From an uncultured virus (IMG/VR IMGVR_UViG_3300042866_001374) (lineage: Duplodnaviria > Heunggongvirae > Uroviricota > Caudoviricetes), in the IMG/VR virus record IMGVR_UViG_3300042866_001374: DNA of 64,000 nucleotides, one strand, 5' to 3'. The notes under the pieces are model-generated. The model was not told where the DNA came from. It saw only the letters and a program-made list of their open reading frames with translations, and ran no database searches. This document shows, piece after piece, positions 1 through 9,217 of this stretch. The translations under genes were made by a program, and so were the position numbers. Within the stretch, counting starts at the first letter, position 1, and every line of letters starts with the position of its first letter.

Positions 1-2
1 GA

Positions 3-1502
3 TTTCCAGAATGTATTATTGAATTTGGCGGACCACAAGCAACACATAGATTAAATGAATATGATTTTATCGACTGTATTATTGTATCAGAGGGTGAGGA
101 AGCATTTTTAGATTTTTTAAGGAAAGTAAATAACAAAGAAAAAATTGACAAAATCTATGCAAAAAAAAGAATTGAGGATTTAAACTTTCCAAGTCCATAT
201 CAAATTGGGGTATTCGATAAAATTATTGAAGACAACCCAGGTGTTTTATGGGCAATGACTATGGAAACTAACAGGGGTTGCCCTCATAGATGCACTTATT
301 GTGACTGGGGTGGATTAACTTATACAAAAGTAAGGCACTTTGATATTCAAAGAGTTAAAGATGATATTGATTGGGCCAGGAAAAACAATGTTGGATTCAT
401 TTTTAATGCTGATGCAAATTTTGGTATGTTTAAAGAACGAGATTTAGAAATTGCAAAGTTATTCAGAGAAGCAGCAGATGAAGGCAATCTTGAAGCAATA
501 AACATACAATACTCTAAAAATTCTACTGAAGTAATTTTTGAGATAGCAAAAATACTTGGAGATATTAGTAGAGGTGTAACTTTAAGTGTACAAACCATGA
601 ATGAACCAACACTTAAAGCAATCAAAAGAAAAAATATGAGTATTAATAAAATATCAGAACAAATTGAAAAAAGTAAAGAATATGGTGTAAAAACATATAC
701 CGAATTGATTCTTGGTCTACCCGAAGAAACTTTAGATACTTGGAAAGATGGGTTTTCTAAAATTCTTGAATGTGGTCAGCACGAATCTATTGATGTTTGG
801 TTTTGTCAAATGTTTGGTGATACTGAATTAAATAGTACTACTTCAAGGGAAGTTTATGGAATAAAAACAATTAAAGCGGAAGATTATGTATCTTTTGGAA
901 ATGATAGAGATTATGATGGTGTTACTGAAACAATCGAATTAATCTCAGAAACTAATACAATGACAAATAATCAATTAATTGAAGCGTATATGTATGGATG
1001 GTTAATTGTTCAATTTCATATTGCTGGATATACTCAGATAGTTGCTAAACACTATTATGAAAATTTAAATATATCCTATCGGGTATTTTATGATACTTTA
1101 TTTGAATTTATTAAGTTGGATAATGGATTAATAGGTGAACATTATCGTGAGATTGAATCTGCGGTAAATCATTATATGAAAACTGGAAAAATATTGAAAA
1201 AAGGAAAGCATGGGCATACCTTACATGCGGGAAGTTTTGCTTTTATGTTTACGCATAAGGATGAAATTTTTAAACTCGTAGAGAATGCAACACAAAAAAT
1301 AACACCAATCAAAACAGATATTATATCTTTACAACGTGCGTTTATTTTTGACGAGGAGACTCAATATCCTTTTTATCTCACATGTGAAGATAAAAAGTAC
1401 AAAATAGATACTGAATTCAAATCATTTGATAAGAATGATCCTCATACTGTGTTTATTTTGCGGCGCAAAGGTCTATTGAAGAATCAATTATGTAAGGTTT
1501 GA
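3..1502 (+). CDS. B12-binding radical SAM enzyme (5'-truncated by window edge)
   Basis: Frame is open from position 3 (FPECIIEFGGPQA..., then SEGEEAF, typical of the end of a cobalamin-binding domain), followed by ETNRGCPHRCTYCDW (CxxxCxxC), DANFG and ELILGLPEET motifs. Confidence 0.85.
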   Translation, partial: FPECIIEFGGPQATHRLNEYDFIDCIIVSEGEEAFLDFLRKVNNKEKIDKIYAKKRIEDLNFPSPYQIGVFDKIIEDNPGVLWAMTMETNRGCPHRCTYCDWGGLTYTKVRHFDIQRVKDDIDWARKNNVGFIFNADANFGMFKERDLEIAKLFREAADEGNLEAINIQYSKNSTEVIFEIAKILGDISRGVTLSVQTMNEPTLKAIKRKNMSINKISEQIEKSKEYGVKTYTELILGLPEETLDTWKDGFSKILECGQHESIDVWFCQMFGDTELNSTTSREVYGIKTIKAEDYVSFGNDRDYDGVTETIELISETNTMTNNQLIEAYMYGWLIVQFHIAGYTQIVAKHYYENLNISYRVFYDTLFEFIKLDNGLIGEHYREIESAVNHYMKTGKILKKGKHGHTLHAGSFAFMFTHKDEIFKLVENATQKITPIKTDIISLQRAFIFDEETQYPFYLTCEDKKYKIDTEFKSFDKNDPHTVFILRRKGLLKNQLCKV

Positions 1503-2115
1503 ATGCTTGCAATGCCTCATCCCACAAAATACGATGTTCATAATCTTTATCCTTGTCAATTAAAGCAATAGTTACTGTAAATCTTTTATCATCTGTTGGA
1601 TTATGTGAACTATGTAATGGACCAACATTCACTAATCCGCATGTGCCTATCTCTACCTCATATTCTTTTTTACAGTATTCTTCTCTACTGACTAAAACTT
1701 GTCCATGATAATGATCATCAGTTCTATCTCCAACACTATATTGATTACGTTCTGGTATAACTGTTGAATAAACTTGCTCAGCACTGGTACTTACTCTTAA
1801 AACCATATCCGATGTCCACCATCTCATGGTGCTTCCTTTTGCACCAAATTGAAATATTAGTTTTGCCCAATCAGCATAATAAACATTATCAGAATGTATA
1901 ACTCCATCATCATGTGGTGGAGTATAAAAAAATTCTATCCAGTGTGATGTAAATCCCAAACTATTCAACCAGGGTAAAATTTTATCATTACCCAGGTCTT
2001 CAAATTGAAGTTGTTTATGAAACTCTGGCCATCTCATACCTTCAGTTTGATACTTTGATGTATCAATATTAGGGATATAGTCCCTAATATCCAAAAATCT
2101 ATGATAACGATTCAT
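1453..2115 (-). CDS. Hypothetical protein, DSBH/2OG-Fe(II) oxygenase-like
   Basis: HSD...H spacing (GVIHSDN ... NVGPLHSSHN ... KRFTVTI); follows gp20 after 3 nt. Confidence 0.5.
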   Translation of the reverse strand: MNRYHRFLDIRDYIPNIDTSKYQTEGMRWPEFHKQLQFEDLGNDKILPWLNSLGFTSHWIEFFYTPPHDDGVIHSDNVYYADWAKLIFQFGAKGSTMRWWTSDMVLRVSTSAEQVYSTVIPERNQYSVGDRTDDHYHGQVLVSREEYCKKEYEVEIGTCGLVNVGPLHSSHNPTDDKRFTVTIALIDKDKDYEHRILWDEALQAFKPYIIDSSIDLCAAK

Positions 2116-2118
2116 AAT

Positions 2119-3765
2119 TTAAATTTGTGGCGGTTCTACAGATTTACTTTGACTATCTAAGTTTGGTTCGTTAATCGGTGCTCCAAGATTCTGATCTGCG
2201 GCAACTGGTTGACCAGTTGCAGGATCAATAGGAGCATTTGGGTCTGGAATAATGCCAGCAGCAATTTCCTTTTTGATAAGTTTATCTTGCTCAATGATTT
2301 CTTCATCTGTTTGACGTAAAATTTTACGTCTTACATAATCTTGAGAATAATACTTGCCAATATATGGTTCTGCTGTTGCTGCAATATTTAACCTTTCAGT
2401 CATTAATTCAGCATCTTTTAACTCTGCAAAATGATTATCATATAAGAAGTCATATTGAATATGCTCTTCCATTAACTCCCAATCTTCTGGAGTAACTATG
2501 TTTTTAAGAAGTAGTTGAGTTCTTAACATGTCACTAAACATGTTTGAGAATCTCTTTCTTAATCTTCCAACAAATTTAGTAAACTTTAATTCATCTCTTA
2601 AAATTTCTGAAGACCTTCCTAAGTTAAATCCTTCTTGACCACCAATTCTTGAAGATGGTACGTTTAATGAACGGTATAACTTTTCTTGGAAGTATTTGAT
2701 ATCGCTCAATTCACCTAAATTTTGACCACCAGGAAGAGTAGAAATTTCTGTTCCTCTACCACCTTCCCTCCTAGGGAGCCAAAAATCCTCAAGCATACTC
2801 ATATATTTTTTATCATCACGAATCTCACCAGTATTTGCATCATATACCAGTTTGTTACGATATCTCATCATAACATCACGAAGATATTGTTCTGCCTTCA
2901 TTTTAGGCAAATTGCCAACATCAATATAAAAAATTCTACGTTCTGGTGCTCTTGATAATCTGTAGATAACCAAAGAATCTTCAATCATGCGAAGTTGATT
3001 GAGTGATTTAATTGCTTTATGCAAATATGATAGAGTTAAATTTTTATTTCTATCGACTAGACCAGAAGTACAAAATGTAATAGAATCTTTTGAAAATTTT
3101 GTTCCTTGATTTACTTGATTTGAACTATTATTGATTGTTCCTATTTGAGTTGCTGAGGCATTGTAAATAAAGTATTCCTGAATATCTGGAAATGCAGAAT
3201 CCATTGGATCCTTTTCACCATTAGGTCCAAGTCTTCCATCATCTTTCTTACCCTTAGAAGACTGCCTAACATATCGCATTTTCAATGCGTCAATATATCT
3301 TAGTTCCTGAATGCCATCTTGTGGATTTTTTAAGTCAATAACTTTATGATAATAAAGTCTACCGTCAACATACCAATTTCTATAGATCTCATGGGCTTTT
3401 TTATCAAAGTCCATTAATTCTAAAATATGCTTAAACTCTTCTCTTATTTTTTTCTTAAGACCATCACTAGCATTTAGATTGTCAAGATCAATTTGAACTG
3501 GACTATCATTGGTATCACTTACAATTGCCTCATTTACAATATCTTCAATAGCACCATCAACTTCTGGATGCAATGCCATCTCTCGATATCTTTTGATTAA
3601 ATCATATTCACTTCTATATACCCCTTCAATATCTACATAAGACCCAAAAAATCCACTAGTAAGATAATAGTCAACCCCGTCCTCATTATTTTGAGGTACG
3701 GGGGAGACCACTCCTGGTGATTTTTTATTACTATCCTCTATAGAGAATCCAAATAGTTTTGCCAT
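2119..3765 (-). CDS. gp20: Portal vertex protein
   Basis: YRLSRAPERRIFYIDVGNLPK, EDFWLPRREGGRGTEISTLPGGQNLGE are hallmark T4-like portal motifs. Confidence 0.98.
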   Translation of the reverse strand: MAKLFGFSIEDSNKKSPGVVSPVPQNNEDGVDYYLTSGFFGSYVDIEGVYRSEYDLIKRYREMALHPEVDGAIEDIVNEAIVSDTNDSPVQIDLDNLNASDGLKKKIREEFKHILELMDFDKKAHEIYRNWYVDGRLYYHKVIDLKNPQDGIQELRYIDALKMRYVRQSSKGKKDDGRLGPNGEKDPMDSAFPDIQEYFIYNASATQIGTINNSSNQVNQGTKFSKDSITFCTSGLVDRNKNLTLSYLHKAIKSLNQLRMIEDSLVIYRLSRAPERRIFYIDVGNLPKMKAEQYLRDVMMRYRNKLVYDANTGEIRDDKKYMSMLEDFWLPRREGGRGTEISTLPGGQNLGELSDIKYFQEKLYRSLNVPSSRIGGQEGFNLGRSSEILRDELKFTKFVGRLRKRFSNMFSDMLRTQLLLKNIVTPEDWELMEEHIQYDFLYDNHFAELKDAELMTERLNIAATAEPYIGKYYSQDYVRRKILRQTDEEIIEQDKLIKKEIAAGIIPDPNAPIDPATGQPVAADQNLGAPINEPNLDSQSKSVEPPQI

Positions 3766-3792
3766 TATAAGTGAGTTATTTAAACTGTTCTA

Positions 3793-3800
3793 CTATTTAT
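3793..3800 (-). promoter_or_regulatory. T4-type late promoter (ATAAATAG) upstream of gp20
   Basis: TAAATA core on the minus strand about 30 nt before the gp20 ATG. Confidence 0.6.
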
Positions 3801-4399
3801 TATACAATAGCAGTGTTAGTTTGGTCGTTACCCTCAGCTTGCCACCACTGAACTTGGAAGTCTACAGTATACTCCTCAATAGTATCTGATGTATCATATG
3901 AAAGATCAATTTGAGATACATTTGTTGGGAATATATCGTAAAGTCTGTATGTTCTTAATGGAGTATTTGTAGTGTTTGAAGTATTTCTGGTGGAGAATCT
4001 TGCCTCACCTCTACCAAGTTGATGTACATATGCATCAACCATATAAGATGCGGGACTAGTTGCACCAGTAGCATTGTTCAATTTGCTAATCTGATTCATC
4101 CACTGTTCAAATGAAGTTCTTAATTTAAAGTCTTCATCATTGATAACTGTAACAGTCCAAACATCGAATGTGCGATCTCCAGCAACTTTTAAAATTCTTC
4201 CTCTAAATGGAACATCAATTGATGCAACATTTGATGCAGGTAAAGCAGCTGCTTTACAAAGAAAGTTAAAGGTCTCATCATCCCAACCAGCTACAGAAGC
4301 TGGAAAACGTGGAATACTAACCTCAAATAAATTTGGTCTTGCTGCACCGCCTTGAAGTCTTGCTTTAAAGTCGGTGATAGTTCTAATTGTTCTTGCCAT
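3800..4399 (-). CDS. gp19: Tail tube protein
   Basis: ARPNLFEV, FRGRILKVAGDRTFDVWTVTVINDEDF, IEEYTVDFQVQWW; lies between gp18 and gp20. Confidence 0.97.
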   Translation of the reverse strand: MARTIRTITDFKARLQGGAARPNLFEVSIPRFPASVAGWDDETFNFLCKAAALPASNVASIDVPFRGRILKVAGDRTFDVWTVTVINDEDFKLRTSFEQWMNQISKLNNATGATSPASYMVDAYVHQLGRGEARFSTRNTSNTTNTPLRTYRLYDIFPTNVSQIDLSYDTSDTIEEYTVDFQVQWWQAEGNDQTNTAIV

Positions 4400-4437
4400 T
4401 GTTAGGGTTCCTCCTTTTTATTTAATCATTAAGTAGG

Positions 4438-7233
4438 TTAAACTCTACCAGCGACTTCTTCAAAACTGACTCCAGTTCTTGTCGCAACAAATGTTAGGGT
4501 GATATAGTTAATTGATTTAGCTGGCTTCAAGAATATATCAGCTCTAAATTCATTGTTATCAATAATATCTGGAGTGTTGTTGGTTTCGTCGCAAATTACA
4601 AGGAAGTCATAGATTCCACGCTTAGCTTGGATATCACGTAAGTATGGTTCGACGATATTTACAAAATTAGATCTCGTAATTTGATCATTAAATTCAAAGA
4701 GTTGAGCTTCTGCTGCTCTTTCGAGTGCTTGTTCAACAGTTAAGAATAATCTACGAACGTTAATTCTATCAAATGCAGATGCATATGATAATGCAGTTTT
4801 ATCTCCGAATAGAAGAATACCTGCACCATTTTGATTTACGATAGAATTAATTCTCGCTGAGTATAAAGCATCTCTTTGAGTTTTATTTGGATTGAATGCC
4901 AACTTGATAGCATTCTTCAGAACACCTCTTTGCTGACCAGCAGGTGAGAACCATGGATAAGCAATTAAGTTTGTTCTTGCCATTAGACCAGCAACGTCTG
5001 GGTTGCAAGGAATATATCGGAATAAGTTATTAAATCTATCATAAGTGTACTTATAACCACTATCAAAAATTGCATATGATGAAGATTGAAGTGGACCAAA
5101 GAATTCAATAATATTATTAGTTTGAACAATTGGGTTTGTTAGATCAACAACAGATGCTCTGTGTGGAGATACTACCGCAATACAATCTTTTCTACCGTCA
5201 GCGATAGAAATTAGTTTATTTGCCTTTGCTTGGGAATCACTAAGAGAATCCAATCCTGGTCCCATAAGCAGGTAGTCTACAGCAACATCTTCTTTATTAT
5301 TGAATAACTCATATGATTCAATAATATCTCCTAGGGTAGATTTTAAATTACCTTGAGTTGTGTAATTTTTACCCTTGCCTAAGTCATAAACAACTCTACC
5401 AATGGAAGAGAATACTGAATCCTTAGAGTTTCTATCCCAAACTGTATTTGCTAATGATGGAACACTAAACGTAGTTGCTGGATCTGATAAATTATAAATT
5501 GTTTGAGTTGCTGCTAAATTAAATATTGTTGATGTTGGGAATGTATTCCAAACTATATCATTTTGAGTTGATTGGTTGGCACCAGCGTACAGATAGTTTG
5601 AATAATTTGCAAGATAATTCTTGTACCACATTTTTTGTGGAGAATTAACTTCAGATACAGTGTCCTTTGCTTTGGACATAAAGAGATGCTTCTCAAGAAT
5701 ATTTCCCTTTACGCCAGTTAATGTACCATCGTCATCAACAACTATAACGTGCATCTCATCATTTTCTCCACCTCTTTCAGAAACATAATTTGATGTTCCT
5801 GGTTTTGGTGCAACTGTTCTCCAATAAATGGTTGAATTACTTAATCCTAAAGTTTGAGAATCATACCAGTCATCAACGCCTGCAATCACAACTCTCGAAT
5901 TGCTATTTGTTACTGTAAGAACAACTTTATCATCCCTTAAAGATGTGATGGTTAAAGTTGCATTATCTCCAGGAGTTACACCACCAATTGATGCTCCAGG
6001 AATAGTAACAACTGTATTTGAACCATATCCTAGTCCAGGATTGACCATTGTAACAGTTCCAATTCCACCAGAACTATTTCTATAAACATTAAACGACACA
6101 CCAGTTCCAACTGTGCTTACTCCAGCAACAGCAAGATATACTCCATTAGATGCTGCTACAACTACAGGAGCAGTTGTAAGTCCAATATTGTTAATAACAC
6201 CTTGGGATAAATTGTAACCACCGACTGCAGTTCCAGCAATAGATACTGTGTCACCTACAGTGTAACCTAATCCTGCATTTACAATACTTGCACTCAAAAC
6301 ATTACCATCAGTATTATTTCTAGTGATGGTGAATGTTGCTCCAGACCCAGTTCCCGCAGTTGTTCCACCAACTCCAGTATATGATTGTCCTTGTTGACCA
6401 TTTATTGCGGTAGATGATGTAACTCCTACTGCAGAAATAGAATCTGTTGGTGAGGCAACTTCTCCATTATTATCAATAACGGTAATCCTTTGATCTTTTA
6501 AGAAAGATGCAAAAGCACTATTTTGGGTATAATATGTTCTAAAATGTCTTCCAGGCTCAGTTCCACCAGTAGAAACTCTAGAATGAATTTTTACGACTAC
6601 AGCACTAACACCAGTTTCTGGAGAATCAATTGCTTGAGTAATAACTCCTTTTAAATATCCTTGGAAGACAGCAGTCGTTCCAGTTCCAGGAATAACTTGA
6701 CCACTAATATCTACTGTTACTGCATATCCAACTTGAACACCAATGCTGCTTAAAGCAGTTGTTGCAATACCAAGAATTTGATCTCCTAAATCATCAATGT
6801 AGCAAACCTTTAACCCATTTGCCCATGTTCCTGGGTTTTTTGCAGCGTAGTAAAAACTTGCTGCAGTATTTGTGAAGTTTGCATTAAAATCATCAAAGTT
6901 TTTGATTTTAACACCAGTTACGCTAGTTGTACCAACACCAACGTTAGCGTTTGAAAGGTTAGCACCATCAGTTCTAACGACCTTTAGAACACCGCCATAT
7001 GAGAGGTAAGATGAACCACTCATCCAATATTCATACTGGTTATCTGCTGTTTGTGGCTTACCAAAGTTGTTGATTAGTTCCTGTTCCGTAGCAACAGTAA
7101 TTGGTTCGTTTACAGGACCAATTTCAAAAGGTCCTGCAATACCTCCAATATTATCTAATACGTTGTCAGCTCTTCCTACGGTTAAATCAACCTCTCTAGT
7201 CAGTACACCAGGAGATAATTGAGGAGTCGCCAT
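4438..7233 (-). CDS. gp18: Contractile tail sheath protein with Gly/Thr-rich insertion
   Basis: SPGVLTREVDLT N-terminus; PWFSPAG, FDRINVRRLF, FLKPAKSINYITLTFVATRTGVSFEEV C-terminus. Confidence 0.97.
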   Translation of the reverse strand: MATPQLSPGVLTREVDLTVGRADNVLDNIGGIAGPFEIGPVNEPITVATEQELINNFGKPQTADNQYEYWMSGSSYLSYGGVLKVVRTDGANLSNANVGVGTTSVTGVKIKNFDDFNANFTNTAASFYYAAKNPGTWANGLKVCYIDDLGDQILGIATTALSSIGVQVGYAVTVDISGQVIPGTGTTAVFQGYLKGVITQAIDSPETGVSAVVVKIHSRVSTGGTEPGRHFRTYYTQNSAFASFLKDQRITVIDNNGEVASPTDSISAVGVTSSTAINGQQGQSYTGVGGTTAGTGSGATFTITRNNTDGNVLSASIVNAGLGYTVGDTVSIAGTAVGGYNLSQGVINNIGLTTAPVVVAASNGVYLAVAGVSTVGTGVSFNVYRNSSGGIGTVTMVNPGLGYGSNTVVTIPGASIGGVTPGDNATLTITSLRDDKVVLTVTNSNSRVVIAGVDDWYDSQTLGLSNSTIYWRTVAPKPGTSNYVSERGGENDEMHVIVVDDDGTLTGVKGNILEKHLFMSKAKDTVSEVNSPQKMWYKNYLANYSNYLYAGANQSTQNDIVWNTFPTSTIFNLAATQTIYNLSDPATTFSVPSLANTVWDRNSKDSVFSSIGRVVYDLGKGKNYTTQGNLKSTLGDIIESYELFNNKEDVAVDYLLMGPGLDSLSDSQAKANKLISIADGRKDCIAVVSPHRASVVDLTNPIVQTNNIIEFFGPLQSSSYAIFDSGYKYTYDRFNNLFRYIPCNPDVAGLMARTNLIAYPWFSPAGQQRGVLKNAIKLAFNPNKTQRDALYSARINSIVNQNGAGILLFGDKTALSYASAFDRINVRRLFLTVEQALERAAEAQLFEFNDQITRSNFVNIVEPYLRDIQAKRGIYDFLVICDETNNTPDIIDNNEFRADIFLKPAKSINYITLTFVATRTGVSFEEVAGRV

Positions 7234-7270
7234 GGATAATTCTCCGTAAAATTCTCAGTTTATCTGAAAA

Positions 7271-7277
7271 TATTTAG
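7271..7277 (-). promoter_or_regulatory. Late promoter (CTAAATA) upstream of gp18
   Basis: TAAATA core about 40 nt before the ATG, with a GGAG SD nearer the start. Confidence 0.6.
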
Positions 7278-7320
7278 GAAAATGGGTAATTACATGGGGG
7301 AAATTGTGGGTGAACATTAA

Positions 7321-7551
7321 TTACCAGTCAGGATATTCCCATTCAGCAACTTTGACTAGTTTTTTTCTAGAATTTACAATTCTTTTTACCGTGCAATCTT
7401 TACATTCATAGGAATATGATGATGCAACTGTTCCCCTTTTTTTACGAGTTCTGTAAAATCCATCAATTAAATTTTTATTTTCTCCACATACTCTGCATTT
7501 TCTATCTACAAGCAATAAGTGACTTAGTTTTATCTGCTTGTCTAACTCCAT
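7321..7551 (-). CDS. Small Cys-rich (CxxC...CxxC) hypothetical protein
   Basis: RKCRVCG...SYECKDC; ATG overlaps the gp17 stop (TAATG). Confidence 0.7.
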   Translation of the reverse strand: MELDKQIKLSHLLLVDRKCRVCGENKNLIDGFYRTRKKRGTVASSYSYECKDCTVKRIVNSRKKLVKVAEWEYPDW

Positions 7552-9197
7552 TATTTGTACTCCCACATGTAAGACATATCCCCATATTCATCAGTAAACC
7601 ATCTATCACCATCACCATCAACAAAACTATTTGAATCTAAACCATCAACAATAAATCCAAATGGTGCCATATCTTGTTCTATTTGATTTTTTTGCTCTTC
7701 ATACAATCTTTTCCTAACATCTTGATCTGTAAGTTCTTTAAAATAATCCTGAACAACTAACCAAGCATATATTACTAGGCACATTGCTAAATCATCATTA
7801 CACCCATCTTCCGCTTCAAAGGAATTTGATTTTTGAATGAATGTAGTTAATTCACTAATAATATCGTAATCTTTAAATAAAAGTTTACTTTCTTCAACTA
7901 AAGTTTTAAGGTTAAGACATCCAACTTTTTTAACAGTTTTTGACATCTTGACACCAAGTTGGGTCTTTTTGCCAGAAAAACCTTGCCCAACAATTTGACC
8001 TGCTCTACCCCTCATTGAACACATAAGCAGGTTGTTGTACTCTAAATCATATTGTAAAATACTAGCAACTTGATCTCCAACATCATTTACTTCACATAAT
8101 ATGTAAGCATCATTGTAATTTTTAGCCACCTCATGAATAATACTGGGAAATATCATTGGTTTTATTTCATTATCTCTATACTTTGCTACTAAAGTATGTG
8201 GGAATTGTGTTATATCAATAACAGTAAACGCTGAATAATCACTACCAACTCCTCTAGCAACGTCAACGGTTATGACATAATTGTGCTCTTCCTTAGAATC
8301 TTCAAAAACATCAAGTCCCTGGTTACTAATTGCTGGAGATTCGTAAACCAAATTTCTTAGTTTACTTGGACTAATCAATGTATCAACAGATCCTAAGAAT
8401 TCACATTCAAACTCAACCCTGAATTGCTGCTCTGATGTATTTGCAATAGTTTGCTTCTTCCATACTTCATCTCTCCCAGGAACATCACTCCAATGAACCT
8501 CAGTCGGAATATATTCATTTTTACCCCTTTCTGCATCATGCCAAAGTTTATAAAAATGATTCATACCATGTGGGGTAGAAACAATTATAACCTTTGTATT
8601 TTTACCAGACGAAATTGTAGGATAAACTGAGCTAAAAAACTGATCAGCAATATGATTTGCAACGAACGCAAATTCGTCAAGGAAAATAATATTATAAGAT
8701 CCACCTCGAACTGCAGATGCGGATGTTGATGCTGCAATAATTTTAGATCCGTTTTCTAGTTCAAGAGATGCCTTGTTCCATGTCAAAACACCTTGTTGTA
8801 ACCAACGAGGTAAATTTTCATATGCAGTCTGTAGTCTATCTAGCAAGTCTTTTGCAGTAGATGCTTTGTTAGCAAGAATTGCAATATTTACATTATCATT
8901 AAAAATAGCATAATGTAGAAGATAAGAAACAACAATTGTTGATTTACCAGACTGTCTAGGAAGTTTACAAATATTGAATCGATTATTGTGAAATCGGTCC
9001 AACATTGTTTCTTGGAATGGATATGGATTAAATGTTTGTAATCCATGGTCCAAAGTAACAATATTAATATAATTTCTTGCAAAATAAACTGGGTCATCAA
9101 TACACTTAGCAAATTCAATAACCTGCTCTTCAGTAAATCCCTGAGAAGTATTTGCTTTTTTTAATAGTGGATTGCCAAGATAATGATCAACTGCCAT
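7551..9197 (-). CDS. gp17: Terminase large subunit
   Basis: YLGNPLLKKAN, Walker A PRQSGKST, Walker B IIFLDEFAF, nuclease VDVARG and DDLAM. Confidence 0.98.
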   Translation of the reverse strand: MAVDHYLGNPLLKKANTSQGFTEEQVIEFAKCIDDPVYFARNYINIVTLDHGLQTFNPYPFQETMLDRFHNNRFNICKLPRQSGKSTIVVSYLLHYAIFNDNVNIAILANKASTAKDLLDRLQTAYENLPRWLQQGVLTWNKASLELENGSKIIAASTSASAVRGGSYNIIFLDEFAFVANHIADQFFSSVYPTISSGKNTKVIIVSTPHGMNHFYKLWHDAERGKNEYIPTEVHWSDVPGRDEVWKKQTIANTSEQQFRVEFECEFLGSVDTLISPSKLRNLVYESPAISNQGLDVFEDSKEEHNYVITVDVARGVGSDYSAFTVIDITQFPHTLVAKYRDNEIKPMIFPSIIHEVAKNYNDAYILCEVNDVGDQVASILQYDLEYNNLLMCSMRGRAGQIVGQGFSGKKTQLGVKMSKTVKKVGCLNLKTLVEESKLLFKDYDIISELTTFIQKSNSFEAEDGCNDDLAMCLVIYAWLVVQDYFKELTDQDVRKRLYEEQKNQIEQDMAPFGFIVDGLDSNSFVDGDGDRWFTDEYGDMSYMWEYK

Positions 9198-9217
9198 AAT
9201 ATAAACCTTTTAATTTT

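Noticed and set aside
7551..9197. Intein or intron in terminase or portal
   Set aside because: Both are ordinary in length with contiguous motifs
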